From NCBI GenBank assembly GCA_963727805.1, contig CAVSHF010000003.1:704001-768000 (forward strand): DNA of 64,000 bases, in the 5' to 3' direction. Both the position numbers and the translations under genes were made by a program. Positions 54,004 to 63,686 of the stretch are shown here, piece by piece. Position 1 is the first letter of the stretch. Every line of letters starts with the position of its first letter. The notes beneath the pieces were generated by a model. The model ran no database searches and had not been told where the DNA came from. It saw only the letters and a program-made list of their open reading frames with translations. This DNA is from an uncultured Nitrospiraceae bacterium. Lineage in GTDB: Bacteria; Nitrospirota; Thermodesulfovibrionia; Thermodesulfovibrionales; Dissulfurispiraceae.

Positions 54004-54804
54004 ATGTTCCACTGGCTTCGCGATCATCGCCGCGCCGAGGCGCGAAAGCGCCCGTTTCCATCTGAGTGGGAGGCCTTCGTGCGAGCAAACGTGGCCCACT
54101 ACTGCGTGCTTGACGACGCTGAGCGCAGCGAACTGCAGGCGATGATACAAGTCTTCCTGCAGGAGAAGCACTGGGAGGGGTGTGGCGGCCTCGAGCTCAC
54201 CGACGAGATCCGCGTCACCATAGCAGCCCAGGCGTGTCTTCTGCAACTGGGGCTCCCCCATGACTACTATCGCAATGTGATGTCGATCATCATCTACCCT
54301 TCCACGGTCGTGCCTCCTGAGCACCGCCTTGGCGTATTCGAGCCAGTGGGCAACCCGGTTGCAATCTCCTTCCCAATCCTGGGTCAGGCGTTCAACCAGG
54401 GTCCAGTGATCCTGGTGTGGGACGCGGTCCTCCACGGGGCGCGCCACCCCGAGCAGGGTCATAATGTGGTCTACCACGAGTTCGCCCACAAGCTCGACAT
54501 GCTCGACGGAGCTGCTGACGGCACCCCGATCCTAGCCGACCGGTACCAGTTCGCCGAATGGGTAGCAGTGTGCTCCCACGAGTTCCTGCGACTACGTCAC
54601 CTCGCCGAGAAGGGCCACAAAACCTTCCTCGACGCCTACGGCGCGAAGAACGAGGCCGAGTTCTTCGCCGTTGCCACCGAGGAGTTCTTTGACCGTCCCC
54701 TTGCCCTCCAAAAGCACGCCCCTGAACTCTACCGTGTCCTCAGCGCTTATTACCGCCAGGATCCGGCCGGGCGCGTCAACCGCACCTGCCCTGTAACAGA
54801 GTGA
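54004..54804 (+). CDS. MtfA/M90-family zinc peptidase
   Basis: IAAQAC, NVVYHEFAHKLD, EFFAVATEEFF; GGAGG RBS. Confidence 0.88.
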   Translation: MFHWLRDHRRAEARKRPFPSEWEAFVRANVAHYCVLDDAERSELQAMIQVFLQEKHWEGCGGLELTDEIRVTIAAQACLLQLGLPHDYYRNVMSIIIYPSTVVPPEHRLGVFEPVGNPVAISFPILGQAFNQGPVILVWDAVLHGARHPEQGHNVVYHEFAHKLDMLDGAADGTPILADRYQFAEWVAVCSHEFLRLRHLAEKGHKTFLDAYGAKNEAEFFAVATEEFFDRPLALQKHAPELYRVLSAYYRQDPAGRVNRTCPVTE

Positions 54805-54878
54805 GCTAGTACCATGCGGTCCGAGGCTCTGGACAATACTTTGCAGCCTAAGATCATTCCCAACATGTCTTGCGAAAA

Positions 54879-55442
54879 TCATTCTGTTTCCAATGGAAGT
54901 AAGTTCGGGGGGTAGGTTATTTTTGTTCCCCTCACCTTCGCCCATAGCGTAAGAGTGTGGTCCCTGCTTGAGTTGGCACTCATGATATGCCTAACTTGGA
55001 CTCCTCGAATCAATAAAGCATCCCCTACCAAAGATCTGTGGCATCGCCAAGGAACCGCTTCGGCACACATGATAACTGTTGCGACTTTCTCTGATGCCTC
55101 TATGAGTTTCTTTAGACTATCTTCGAATTCCTCGGTCTGCATGTAGTCAGTGAAGCCGCGAAATGACGCGTTTCTCCATGCCATGTTTGGCGAGTCTTTC
55201 CTAGCATGTCGCAGTCCCCGAAGCCCTTTCATATGGACATATCCTATTTTGGCCGCCTTCAGGCTTTCTCTGAGCATAACCTCGTTAAACTGTGGGTTAT
55301 GCCGCGACTTCGGGATTGTGCGAATGTCCACGACTTTCTTTATTCCATAGGCCGAAATGATTTCTATAAATTCTGAGATCGTTCTTGTCGAATGGCCTAT
55401 CGTGCATACTGCAGTCTTCTGCTGACTCGTTCGTTCTTCCAT
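54879..55442 (-). CDS. DUF488-family protein
   Basis: TIGHSTR, DIRTIPKSR.NPQF, MCAEAVPWRCHR. Confidence 0.9.
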   Translation of the reverse strand: MEERTSQQKTAVCTIGHSTRTISEFIEIISAYGIKKVVDIRTIPKSRHNPQFNEVMLRESLKAAKIGYVHMKGLRGLRHARKDSPNMAWRNASFRGFTDYMQTEEFEDSLKKLIEASEKVATVIMCAEAVPWRCHRSLVGDALLIRGVQVRHIMSANSSRDHTLTLWAKVRGTKITYPPNLLPLETE

Positions 55443-56170
55443 GGCAGATACCCCTTAATCTTCAGTTTGTCGAGATGAAATGGAAATAGACAAATCCGGC
55501 ATAAGGCTGTCACCGCCAGGTGATATTTCTTATTTATTCGTAGTCCGTTCTTGCCTCAATCCCCATGATATTTTGAAGGTTTCTATGTCCGTCGACGTCG
55601 TCGCTGGGATATATCTTAAGCCTGTCCAAGATAAATATAGCATTTAAATCTCATTATAACGGCCTTCGCTGAGATCCCCAAGTTGCGTAGTTAAGGCAAT
55701 TCAGCACCATTTGCAGAAGCACTATGTTAAGAAAGAAACGGCTTTTATTGGACGATCACAGGATGAAGTAGAACATATTCGTCCTTTGATTACACTAAGA
55801 AAATCTTTAGTTGCTTGATTATCTCTTGATTTTTTTTCTCAATTACTATTTAACAGAAACTGCAGCGGCTCGGTTCAGACACACGTTCCGATTTTATTCG
55901 GACATACCGTAAAGGCGTGCAAGGTCGAAATAGCTCGGCCTTTTGCTCCACAGCAAAGTTGCCACCTGTCGAAGCTCAAACGTGCTAGTCTAGCCGAGTC
56001 AAACGTTGCTTCGGATTAAGATATACGCTCAGATGTACTTGCTGTACCTGACACCTGTTTTCATCTTGTCAGCGCTCACGGGTTGGAACCGGAGGAAGAT
56101 CGGTCTGTTGGAGGCAGATCGGTCTTGACAAGAGGTCATTTTTTTGATAAAAGAGATATTGAAGGGGTTT

Positions 56171-58045
56171 ATGCATAAAAAGTTTTTAACAATAGTAAGT
56201 ACACAAAGACATTCACTCTGGCCCACGGCTTTAGTGATGGGGATTGGTATTATCATAATGGTGTGCATAACTTATGTGCATGCCAACGCCGCAGACATAA
56301 AGCAGAAGAGCTACGCTTCGCCTGAAGACGTGGCACATCCGGCACCGTTCGTACAAAGCAACCTACGCGGCACACGCACGACTAAATTATCGGCCTCCAC
56401 GACCCATAAAGGTCAGCCTCTAACCTCAGAGGCCGTATGGACTGTCGTTGGCGGGCGCTCCGCCTCCGTGAGGTTCTATCAACGCATCGAGCTCGGTGGC
56501 GTATTGCTCCGCGAACTTACGTATGTGCAAACGCCTGGATCTAAGCGGTCTAGCCAAGGTAACAAAGTAACTACCGCTATGTCGATGGGGCGAATCGAGA
56601 TTTTCAATGGGCCCGCAATTCGGGGACCTCGCCATATCATTTTGAAAAACGAAAATGGCTTGCTCAAGGGTATTGCAGATGGCCGCATCTTGACCAAAGA
56701 GGAACTGCACAACGTCAGTAGTTTCTCGGATCCGGAACTATCAAACTCAATGCGAGCGCTTGTTGCAAATGCTCACCGCAACCTGCAAACCGGCCAAAAA
56801 GGTGTACGTCGGCCGATGGAGAGCAATGCGTGTGACAACTGCGACAACGACTGCGACGACAAGGCCAAAAGCTGCGGCGTGGACTCATTTACAAGCCTTG
56901 ACCCGGTAGAGTTATTTGGGTGTTATAAAACTTGGTACGATTGCAGGAACAATTGCAACAACCCGGGAGGGCCGTGCTGTAATGTTAACTGCGGAAACGG
57001 TACCTGCTGTGCCACGGGGCAATCCTGTTGTGGAGGGAGTGGTGGAACACCTCCGACGTGCTGTGACAATGGCTCCGTTTGTGTGAGCGGCATTTTCCAG
57101 GGAGTTACCCAATATTCATATTGCTGTCCTGGGGGATCCGATGCGGCTGGATGCCAATACACTGACGACGGCTTTAATATCACAATGTATTGCCGTCAGC
57201 CGAATCAAACCTGCTGCGGCTACGAAGGTGTCTGTAACAGCGGTCAATTTTGCGCCAATGCAGAGTGGGGCATCTGTTGCTCGTCGGGTCAGGATTATTG
57301 TGCCAACTCATTGACGTGCTGTAACGGGAAGTGCATCACATACAACCGCGGAACTTCCGCCGAACATCAGGAGTGCTGCACGAACCCGAACGTCATATGG
57401 GGAGACCCTAATTCCGCCGGCAACTCCACCTGCTGCGCGCCGGCAAACCGCCGGACGGCTTCGTCAGGCAAACACGTATGCTGCGATCACCCGCTTTGCG
57501 GCGACGTGTGCTGTGAGTCTCCTGCGATCTGCCAGAACGGCAAGTGCGGGATCGGCACGCCCTGCGGCAACACTTACTGCGGTTTCGGGGAACAGTGCTG
57601 TGGCGGAAAGTGCTGTAACGGGACCTGTCTGAACGGCAAATCGTGCTGCCCCAACACACAGCAGGCGTGTGGCAACGCGTGCTGCCCGCCGGGCCAGCTT
57701 TGCGTAAATGCAAAAAGCTCAACCTGTGCGGCAGCAACACACCCGACGCTGCTAATCTACAGCACCGCTAATGGCGAGTTGCTCGGGCACTCGGGCGGCC
57801 AGCCAATCCGCTACGTCAGCGGAGGGAGCATGCTTGTGAAGGGGCAATCCTTCTCGCCGGGATCGGTTGTCCTTTCGGTCGACACCCCCGGCGGTGCCCG
57901 GATCGCTACGCCTACGGCTGATGCGAAGGGGGCGTTCTCGGTGACCATCAGCACGTCGAAGTTTCCCGGCGGCAGTCATAAACTCGTCGCGTCGCAGGGA
58001 TCTGTGAGCACCAGCATCTCCCTCACAGTCGAGTTTATCCAGTGA
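56171..58045 (+). CDS. Secreted cysteine-rich protein with C-terminal Ig-like beta domain
   Basis: Signal-like N-terminus, about 56 Cys in a ~300-aa central region, C-terminal GQSFSPG...ADAKGAFS...PGGSHKLVA. Confidence 0.75.
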   Translation: MHKKFLTIVSTQRHSLWPTALVMGIGIIIMVCITYVHANAADIKQKSYASPEDVAHPAPFVQSNLRGTRTTKLSASTTHKGQPLTSEAVWTVVGGRSASVRFYQRIELGGVLLRELTYVQTPGSKRSSQGNKVTTAMSMGRIEIFNGPAIRGPRHIILKNENGLLKGIADGRILTKEELHNVSSFSDPELSNSMRALVANAHRNLQTGQKGVRRPMESNACDNCDNDCDDKAKSCGVDSFTSLDPVELFGCYKTWYDCRNNCNNPGGPCCNVNCGNGTCCATGQSCCGGSGGTPPTCCDNGSVCVSGIFQGVTQYSYCCPGGSDAAGCQYTDDGFNITMYCRQPNQTCCGYEGVCNSGQFCANAEWGICCSSGQDYCANSLTCCNGKCITYNRGTSAEHQECCTNPNVIWGDPNSAGNSTCCAPANRRTASSGKHVCCDHPLCGDVCCESPAICQNGKCGIGTPCGNTYCGFGEQCCGGKCCNGTCLNGKSCCPNTQQACGNACCPPGQLCVNAKSSTCAAATHPTLLIYSTANGELLGHSGGQPIRYVSGGSMLVKGQSFSPGSVVLSVDTPGGARIATPTADAKGAFSVTISTSKFPGGSHKLVASQGSVSTSISLTVEFIQ

Positions 58046-58109
58046 CCGCCAAAGTAAGGGCATGTCACGTGATCATCGCCCTAAAGATAACCTGAATTTC
58101 CCAGAATAC

Positions 58110-58769
58110 TCATTCTGAGCTATGTGTATTCAAATCTACGATGTGATTATGGATTGCGTAATATGTCAATTCCGCATTGTGCTTCATTTGCATCTTTTCG
58201 AGGATTCTGGCACGACAGGTGCCAATGGTCTTAACGCTGAGCGACAACTTAGAGGCGATATCTTTGACCGTTCTACAGGAGGAAATCTGACACATTATCT
58301 CATATTCTAGATTGGACAGCAGCTCGTGGGGTGGCTTCACAGCCTCTGCATCGAATTCGAAGGCGAGCTTCTCGGCCAAATAAGGACTAATGTACTTTTT
58401 ACCTGAATAGACTTTCCGTATCCCCGTTATCAGGTCGTTCGAAGTGCTCTCCTTTGTAAGATACCCGTCCGCACCTGCCCTTAGTGTCCGAATCGCATAG
58501 TGATCTTCGGGGTACATACTCAAAACAAGTATCGCGAGCTTAGGCTTATGGCTTTTTATCTCCTTCAGTATATCAAGACCGCTACTGCCCAGCATTGCAA
58601 TTTCAAGGACCAACATGTCAAAATTAGCCTTCCAAATTTTATCGAGCACTTCCCGGCTATTTGCTGCTTCATCGGCCACTACTATATCGTCCGTCGCCAT
58701 CAGCACTTGCTTTAACCCCTTGCGAACCATTGTATGATTATCGGCGATGAGAATTTTAATCATGAGCAT
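58110..58769 (-). CDS. NarL/LuxR-family response regulator with atypical receiver
   Basis: IKILIADNH, GADGYLTK, HTH LSVKTI; Glu at the phosphoacceptor position. Confidence 0.85.
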   Translation of the reverse strand: MLMIKILIADNHTMVRKGLKQVLMATDDIVVADEAANSREVLDKIWKANFDMLVLEIAMLGSSGLDILKEIKSHKPKLAILVLSMYPEDHYAIRTLRAGADGYLTKESTSNDLITGIRKVYSGKKYISPYLAEKLAFEFDAEAVKPPHELLSNLEYEIMCQISSCRTVKDIASKLSLSVKTIGTCRARILEKMQMKHNAELTYYAIHNHIVDLNTHSSE

Positions 58770-59359
58770 CTCCTTCCCAACTTTCGGAATAAGATTCGAA
58801 TGTTTATTGAATATATCTAAGCTATGGTCTGCATACTTTAATCATAAAATCGGTTCATTAAGATTAAATGAAGGATTTATGAAGAATTTATCATGGATAT
58901 CTGAGCTATAGAGGTGTCGTCGGGGAGGTATTTGGGAGCACTTACAGCCCGGAATGATGCCCATGATATTTAGGTGATCCCAAAGCGTCGACTTCCGAAA
59001 ATAGAACGTTCTTTAGCATATGACGTATGAAGTGTCGAAGTCGCTAAATGCGTTTACAGGAATTGCAAACACAATTCTTCACTTCTCTACTAGGATAGGT
59101 CCCTACTGCCCTGACGGCCACTCGATTATCCAGTCTTGTTTTTGTTACGTATAGCTGCCGGAAATAATCAGTCATCAGCTAAAAAATCTCTGGAGTCTAT
59201 CGTAACAAAAGAACAAAATAGTATTTATTCTACGATAATGTAACATTTTGCAAGGAGATCATCTGCCAAAATCCCAGATATGCCGAGTCGTTACTCAATG
59301 GTATTAATCTTGCTAGTAGAAAGCAGACTGGCAGCAAAAAATGGAGGTACGTACTTACG

Positions 59360-59743
59360 ATGATTGAATATTCAAGTGCGGAACATGATTCAAGTCGATG
59401 CATACTGATTGAGGTCGAGTGCGGCGCGGTGTTGGGCTATAACAGGGCTATGCTGCTTAAAGGCCTTATCGAGTATAAATCACTGGAAAGAGCGGTTGAG
59501 GCGATAGGAATATCTCTTCAGCATGCTCGCGAACTTATCGACAATATGAACGACAATTCGACCAACCCGCTTGTCGAGACATCTGAGGAGGCTCTTATGG
59601 GCGAGCGACTCGCCGTAACAGCCGAGGGGGAAAAGGCATTGGAATCCTTTTGGAAGCTATATAGGGAATTCAAGCTTTCACTGTGTAGCCGGGCAAGACA
59701 AAAAATTACGCAGCCATTCTCGGTGCAATGTGTTAGTAAATAA
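59360..59743 (+). CDS. Divergent ModE-like winged-helix protein
   Basis: SLERAVEAIGISLQHARELIDNMN...PLVET; GGAGG RBS. Confidence 0.7.
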   Translation: MIEYSSAEHDSSRCILIEVECGAVLGYNRAMLLKGLIEYKSLERAVEAIGISLQHARELIDNMNDNSTNPLVETSEEALMGERLAVTAEGEKALESFWKLYREFKLSLCSRARQKITQPFSVQCVSK

Positions 59744-59766
59744 TGAATTGTGCTTGCATTTAAGGG

Positions 59767-59790
59767 CGTTATTCCCTAATATATATAGCG
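59767..59790. promoter_or_regulatory. Candidate ModE box
   Basis: CGTTAT-N12-ATAGCG imperfect palindrome upstream of modE-modABC. Confidence 0.55.
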
Positions 59791-59837
59791 TTCCAGTGTG
59801 AAAAAGCTGCTCATACGTATGGGGATCTTTCGCTGAT

Positions 59838-60272
59838 ATGAAGAATGGCAAACTAAAAGTTGACCCGCATTCAGAGTGCAGAACCGCACAAAGGGATAGA
59901 GGCGAGAAAGGCCCTTGTATCCATAGGATATGTGCAGGTGATTATACCGCTCTGGGCCGCATCTGGATTGAAGGCAGGGACAGAGCTTTTCTTGGTCGCG
60001 GCAGGATCGAACTGTTGGAACGGATCAGACAATATGGTTCGATAACTGAAGCTGCCAAGTCGTTGGGCATGTCCTATCGTCATGCTTGGGAGCTTGTGGA
60101 TTCGATGACCCGCCAATCACGAACTCCGCTTGTCGAGACGGCGACCGGTGGAAAGGGAGGTGGAGGCGCAAGGCTTACTGATGCAGGCGAACAGGCCATT
60201 ATTTTTTTTCGGAAATTGGATGAGAAGTTTAGAAAGTTTCTTGAAAAGGAAATGGCAGATTTCCCACTATGA
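59838..60272 (+). CDS. modE: ModE N-terminal-type transcriptional regulator (no Mop domains)
   Basis: GRGRIELLE..GSITEAAK.LGMSYRHAW...GGKGGGGARLT. Confidence 0.88.
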   Translation: MKNGKLKVDPHSECRTAQRDRGEKGPCIHRICAGDYTALGRIWIEGRDRAFLGRGRIELLERIRQYGSITEAAKSLGMSYRHAWELVDSMTRQSRTPLVETATGGKGGGGARLTDAGEQAIIFFRKLDEKFRKFLEKEMADFPL

Positions 60273-60335
60273 TATTTTCCGTAATCGCAATCATCAAACA
60301 TCAAATGTAATTATCTAAAGATAGGAGGAGCTGAA

Positions 60336-61097
60336 ATGAAAAAGGTGCTGATAATATTTTCTATGCTGTGCATTATCCTTTTCTGTACATATCCCTCGGG
60401 AGCAGCAGCCTCTGAAGTCACCGTCTCGGCTGCTATCAGTCTGAAGAACGCCTTTGAAGAGATCGGCAAATTGTATGAAGCCAAATATCCGAAAACGAAG
60501 GTGCTTTTCAACTTCGGTGCTTCTGGGGATCTTGTCCGTCAGATAGCCGGGGGGGCGCCGGTCGATGTTTTTGCCTCTGCCGCGCAAAAAGATATGGATG
60601 ATATGAGTGCAAAGGGCCTGGTTCTGCCCGGAACAAGGGTGGATTTCGCGAAGAACAGTGTTGTTCTTGTCGCGCCCAGAAAAGGCAAGATTAAGTCATT
60701 TGAAGATCTGGCGACTCAAAGAGTCACGCGTATAGCTGCAGGGAATCCGAAGACTGTCCCTGCAGGCCGTTATGCTGCGGAGGTATTTGATTATTACAAA
60801 CTCACACCATCTATCAAGGAAAAGCTGATTTATGCTGAGAATGTGCGACAGGTGCTCGACTATGTCGCCCGTGGTGAGGTAGACGCAGGAGTTGTCTATG
60901 CAACCGACGCAGCAGTCCGGAGCGCAGAAGTCTCTGTTGCTGCAGAAGCATCGGAATCAAGCCATAAGCCGGTTGTATATCCCATCGCGGTGGTGAGGGG
61001 AACGAAAAATGAGGCGACTGCAAAGGCGTTTATTGAAGCTGTTCTCTCCAAAGAAGGCATAGGGATCCTGAAGAAATATGGATTCCGCATTCCATAA
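60336..61097 (+). CDS. modA: Molybdate ABC transporter substrate-binding protein
   Basis: SAAISL, FGASG, PKTVPAGRYA, NVRQVL, VYATDA. Confidence 0.95.
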   Translation: MKKVLIIFSMLCIILFCTYPSGAAASEVTVSAAISLKNAFEEIGKLYEAKYPKTKVLFNFGASGDLVRQIAGGAPVDVFASAAQKDMDDMSAKGLVLPGTRVDFAKNSVVLVAPRKGKIKSFEDLATQRVTRIAAGNPKTVPAGRYAAEVFDYYKLTPSIKEKLIYAENVRQVLDYVARGEVDAGVVYATDAAVRSAEVSVAAEASESSHKPVVYPIAVVRGTKNEATAKAFIEAVLSKEGIGILKKYGFRIP

Positions 61098-61099
61098 TC

Positions 61100-61765
61100 A
61101 TGGATAGTTCGGTTGTTTTCTCCCTGCGGCTGTCGTTACAGGTAGCCTTTGCGGCTACGGTGCTGATTATTATCATCGGCCTGCCGATTGCATATCTCCT
61201 TGCCAGGAAGAATTTTCCCGGCAAGGAGCTGCTCGACATTATTCTAACGCTGCCGCTCGTGTTGCCACCGACGGTGACAGGGTATTATCTGATCCTCGCA
61301 TTTGGCAGAAATGGCTTTATTGGCAGATATCTGTATGAATTGCTGGACTGGAGCATTATGTTCACATGGTATGCTGCTGTCCTTGCATCGTTTGTGGTTG
61401 CCCTACCGCTCATGATCAAGACAGGCCGTGCTGCACTTGAGAGTGTCGATAGAAATCTTATCAATGCCGCCTATACGCTTGGGCATTCGGAATGGGAAAC
61501 TGCGCTGAAAGTTACACTTCCGCTTGCTAAGCGAGGGCTTCTTGCTGGCATAGTTCTTTCATTTGCCCGTGCGTTGGGTGAATTCGGTGCTACGTTGATG
61601 TTAGCGGGAAATATTCCCGGAAAGACCGACACCATGCCGCTGGCAATATATTCGCTTTCGGCCAGCGGAGATCAGGAGCAGGCAGCGGGAATGGTTGTTT
61701 TACTTACATTAGTTGCCGCTCTTTTTTTGTACCTGGCGAACAGATATAGCAGGAGGATTTTCTGA
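61100..61765 (+). CDS. modB: Molybdate ABC transporter permease
   Basis: LPLVLPPTVTG, FARALGEFGAT. Confidence 0.95.
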   Translation: MDSSVVFSLRLSLQVAFAATVLIIIIGLPIAYLLARKNFPGKELLDIILTLPLVLPPTVTGYYLILAFGRNGFIGRYLYELLDWSIMFTWYAAVLASFVVALPLMIKTGRAALESVDRNLINAAYTLGHSEWETALKVTLPLAKRGLLAGIVLSFARALGEFGATLMLAGNIPGKTDTMPLAIYSLSASGDQEQAAGMVVLLTLVAALFLYLANRYSRRIF

Positions 61766-62508
61766 TGGGGCTGTCAGTTTATGTAAACAAAAAATTGAAA
61801 GAGTTTTCTCTTGATGTATCGTGGGCAATCGGCGATGAGTTGGCTGTTCTTTTCGGCTTTTCGGGGTCTGGCAAATCCCTGACATTGCAGCTTATCGCTG
61901 GGCTCATGAAACCGGACAGGGGCGTTATCAAAGCGAATGGGACAATCTATTTCGATAGCGAACACCATATCAATGCGGCTCCGCAGCAGCGGTCACTCGG
62001 GTATGTATTTCAGGACCTTGCCTTGTTCCCGCATATGACAGTCAGGCAAAACATTCTTTTCGGCGCCAAAGGGGTAGCCGAAAATGAAAGAAACGAGCGA
62101 TATCGTGAACTGACAGAAACATTTTACGTGGCAACACTCGAAAACAAGCGTCCCTCTGAAATATCGGGGGGGCAGAAACAACGAGTTGCTTTTGCCAGAG
62201 CCTTGATGAGACGCCCCGATGTTCTCCTACTCGACGAGCCCTTTTCTGCGTTGGATACCCCGCTCAGAATCGAGATGCGTGCTTTTCTGAAGGATTTACG
62301 TAAAACATTTCACGTGCCGGTCGTGTTGGTGACGCACGATGCTGGCGAGGCGGCCTCGTTAGCTGACTCCATCATAGTCTATTCCGAAGGTTCTGTTATT
62401 CAAAGCGGCTCGATAAGTGATGTCTTTAGCAACCCGGCAGATGAGCGCGTGAAGCGCTTGCTGTCGGGGCAGGAAGACGCTCTTCGAACTTTCTGCAAAC
62501 AGCACTAA
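61765..62508 (+). CDS. modC: Molybdate ABC transporter ATPase
   Basis: GFSGSGKS, ISGGQKQR, LLDEP. Confidence 0.9.
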   Translation: MGLSVYVNKKLKEFSLDVSWAIGDELAVLFGFSGSGKSLTLQLIAGLMKPDRGVIKANGTIYFDSEHHINAAPQQRSLGYVFQDLALFPHMTVRQNILFGAKGVAENERNERYRELTETFYVATLENKRPSEISGGQKQRVAFARALMRRPDVLLLDEPFSALDTPLRIEMRAFLKDLRKTFHVPVVLVTHDAGEAASLADSIIVYSEGSVIQSGSISDVFSNPADERVKRLLSGQEDALRTFCKQH

Positions 62509-62546
62509 CAGGAATATAAAGCGGTATAAATCGGGAGACTACGAAG

Positions 62547-63320
62547 ATGATAAGCCAACTCAATATGAAAGATTTGGAACGGTTCAAACGACAGCTGACG
62601 CTAAGCGGATTTACGAAAGAGCATCAGATCAAGCTGAAAAACAGCACGGCACTTATAGCGGGCGTGGGAGGAGTCGGGGGAACTACGGCCCTATATCTGG
62701 CTATAGCAGGCATTGGCAGGCTCAAGCTTGTCCACTCCGGCGTGTTAACATCTTCCAACTTGAATCGACAGATACTGATGACTGAAGACTGGATAGGCAA
62801 TACAAGGGTTGATTGCGCCAAGGTAGCAATTCAGCGCATAGCCTCGGGTGTGCAGGTAGATATCTACAATGAACGGATGATGCCGGAAAATAGTGCCGAT
62901 TTCGTCAGAGATGCAGACGTAGCTGTTTCGGCGCGTCCCAATTTTCCTGAACGGTGTGCATTGAATAATGCATGCATTCAGCACGGAATCCCAATGATAG
63001 AGGGTGCAATGTTTGACATGGATGCCTATCTATTTTCAATCAGCCCCGGCCTTACGCCATGCTTCCACTGTCTGTTTAAGGATGCCGACAGCCATTGGCA
63101 GGAGCTTGGATTCCCAGTGCTCGGCGCACTTTCGGGAACTCTTGGCTGTATGATGGCTGTTGAGGCAATAAAAGTCATCACCGGCTACGGCAAACCACTT
63201 TTCTCAAAAATGCTATTGTTCAATTTGGCAAACATGGACTTTAACACTATCGCTATCAATCGCGATCCCGATTGTCCTGTGTGCGGAACACTACGAACTT
63301 CAGAAGGAGAGAAAACATGA
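62547..63320 (+). CDS. MoeB/ThiF/HesA-family adenylyltransferase
   Basis: GVGGVG, SNLNRQ, PCFHC, CPVC. Confidence 0.88.
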   Translation: MISQLNMKDLERFKRQLTLSGFTKEHQIKLKNSTALIAGVGGVGGTTALYLAIAGIGRLKLVHSGVLTSSNLNRQILMTEDWIGNTRVDCAKVAIQRIASGVQVDIYNERMMPENSADFVRDADVAVSARPNFPERCALNNACIQHGIPMIEGAMFDMDAYLFSISPGLTPCFHCLFKDADSHWQELGFPVLGALSGTLGCMMAVEAIKVITGYGKPLFSKMLLFNLANMDFNTIAINRDPDCPVCGTLRTSEGEKT

Positions 63321-63550
63321 GCACCGCAACGATTACCGCAAAGCTTTTCGGACCACTTAGGGGGAAATATGAGTCTGATCTGACGTTAACTATCTCGGAA
63401 CACGAAACGATACAAACTGTTGTTGAGAGGCTGTCAATCAAGCCACATCCATCATATTTGTATTCAGTAAATGGGCAACATGCCAAAACCGTTACTCAGT
63501 TGCATGATGGGGACGTTTTGATGATTATCCCTCCGATAAGTGGTGGATAA
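63317..63550 (+). CDS. MoaD/ThiS-family sulfur carrier
   Basis: SVNG...LHDGD...PPISGG C-terminal Gly-Gly; ATGA overlap. Confidence 0.9.
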   Translation: MSTATITAKLFGPLRGKYESDLTLTISEHETIQTVVERLSIKPHPSYLYSVNGQHAKTVTQLHDGDVLMIIPPISGG

Positions 63551-63620
63551 AAGATCGGGTGACATGCAAGTTTTGGACAAATGCTCTCCGTAAACATTGA
63601 CCACTTTGAAAGGAGGCAGG

Positions 63621-63677
63621 GTGATCTTTTTTACAGAGGAAGATATAGATAGGCTTATCGAGGAGGATATCCCATAG
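63621..63677 (+). pseudogene. Truncated modD-like 5' remnant
   Basis: AAGGAGG RBS, then MIFFTEEDIDRLIEEDIP*, resembling the ModD/NadC N-terminus, at the end of a mod operon. Confidence 0.55.
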
Positions 63678-63686
63678 CTCCAGTTC

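Noticed and set aside
40500..56000. Integron cassette array in the run of small unrelated genes
   Set aside because: Mixed orientations, no integrase, and no convincing paired RYYYAAC/GTTRRRY attC structures
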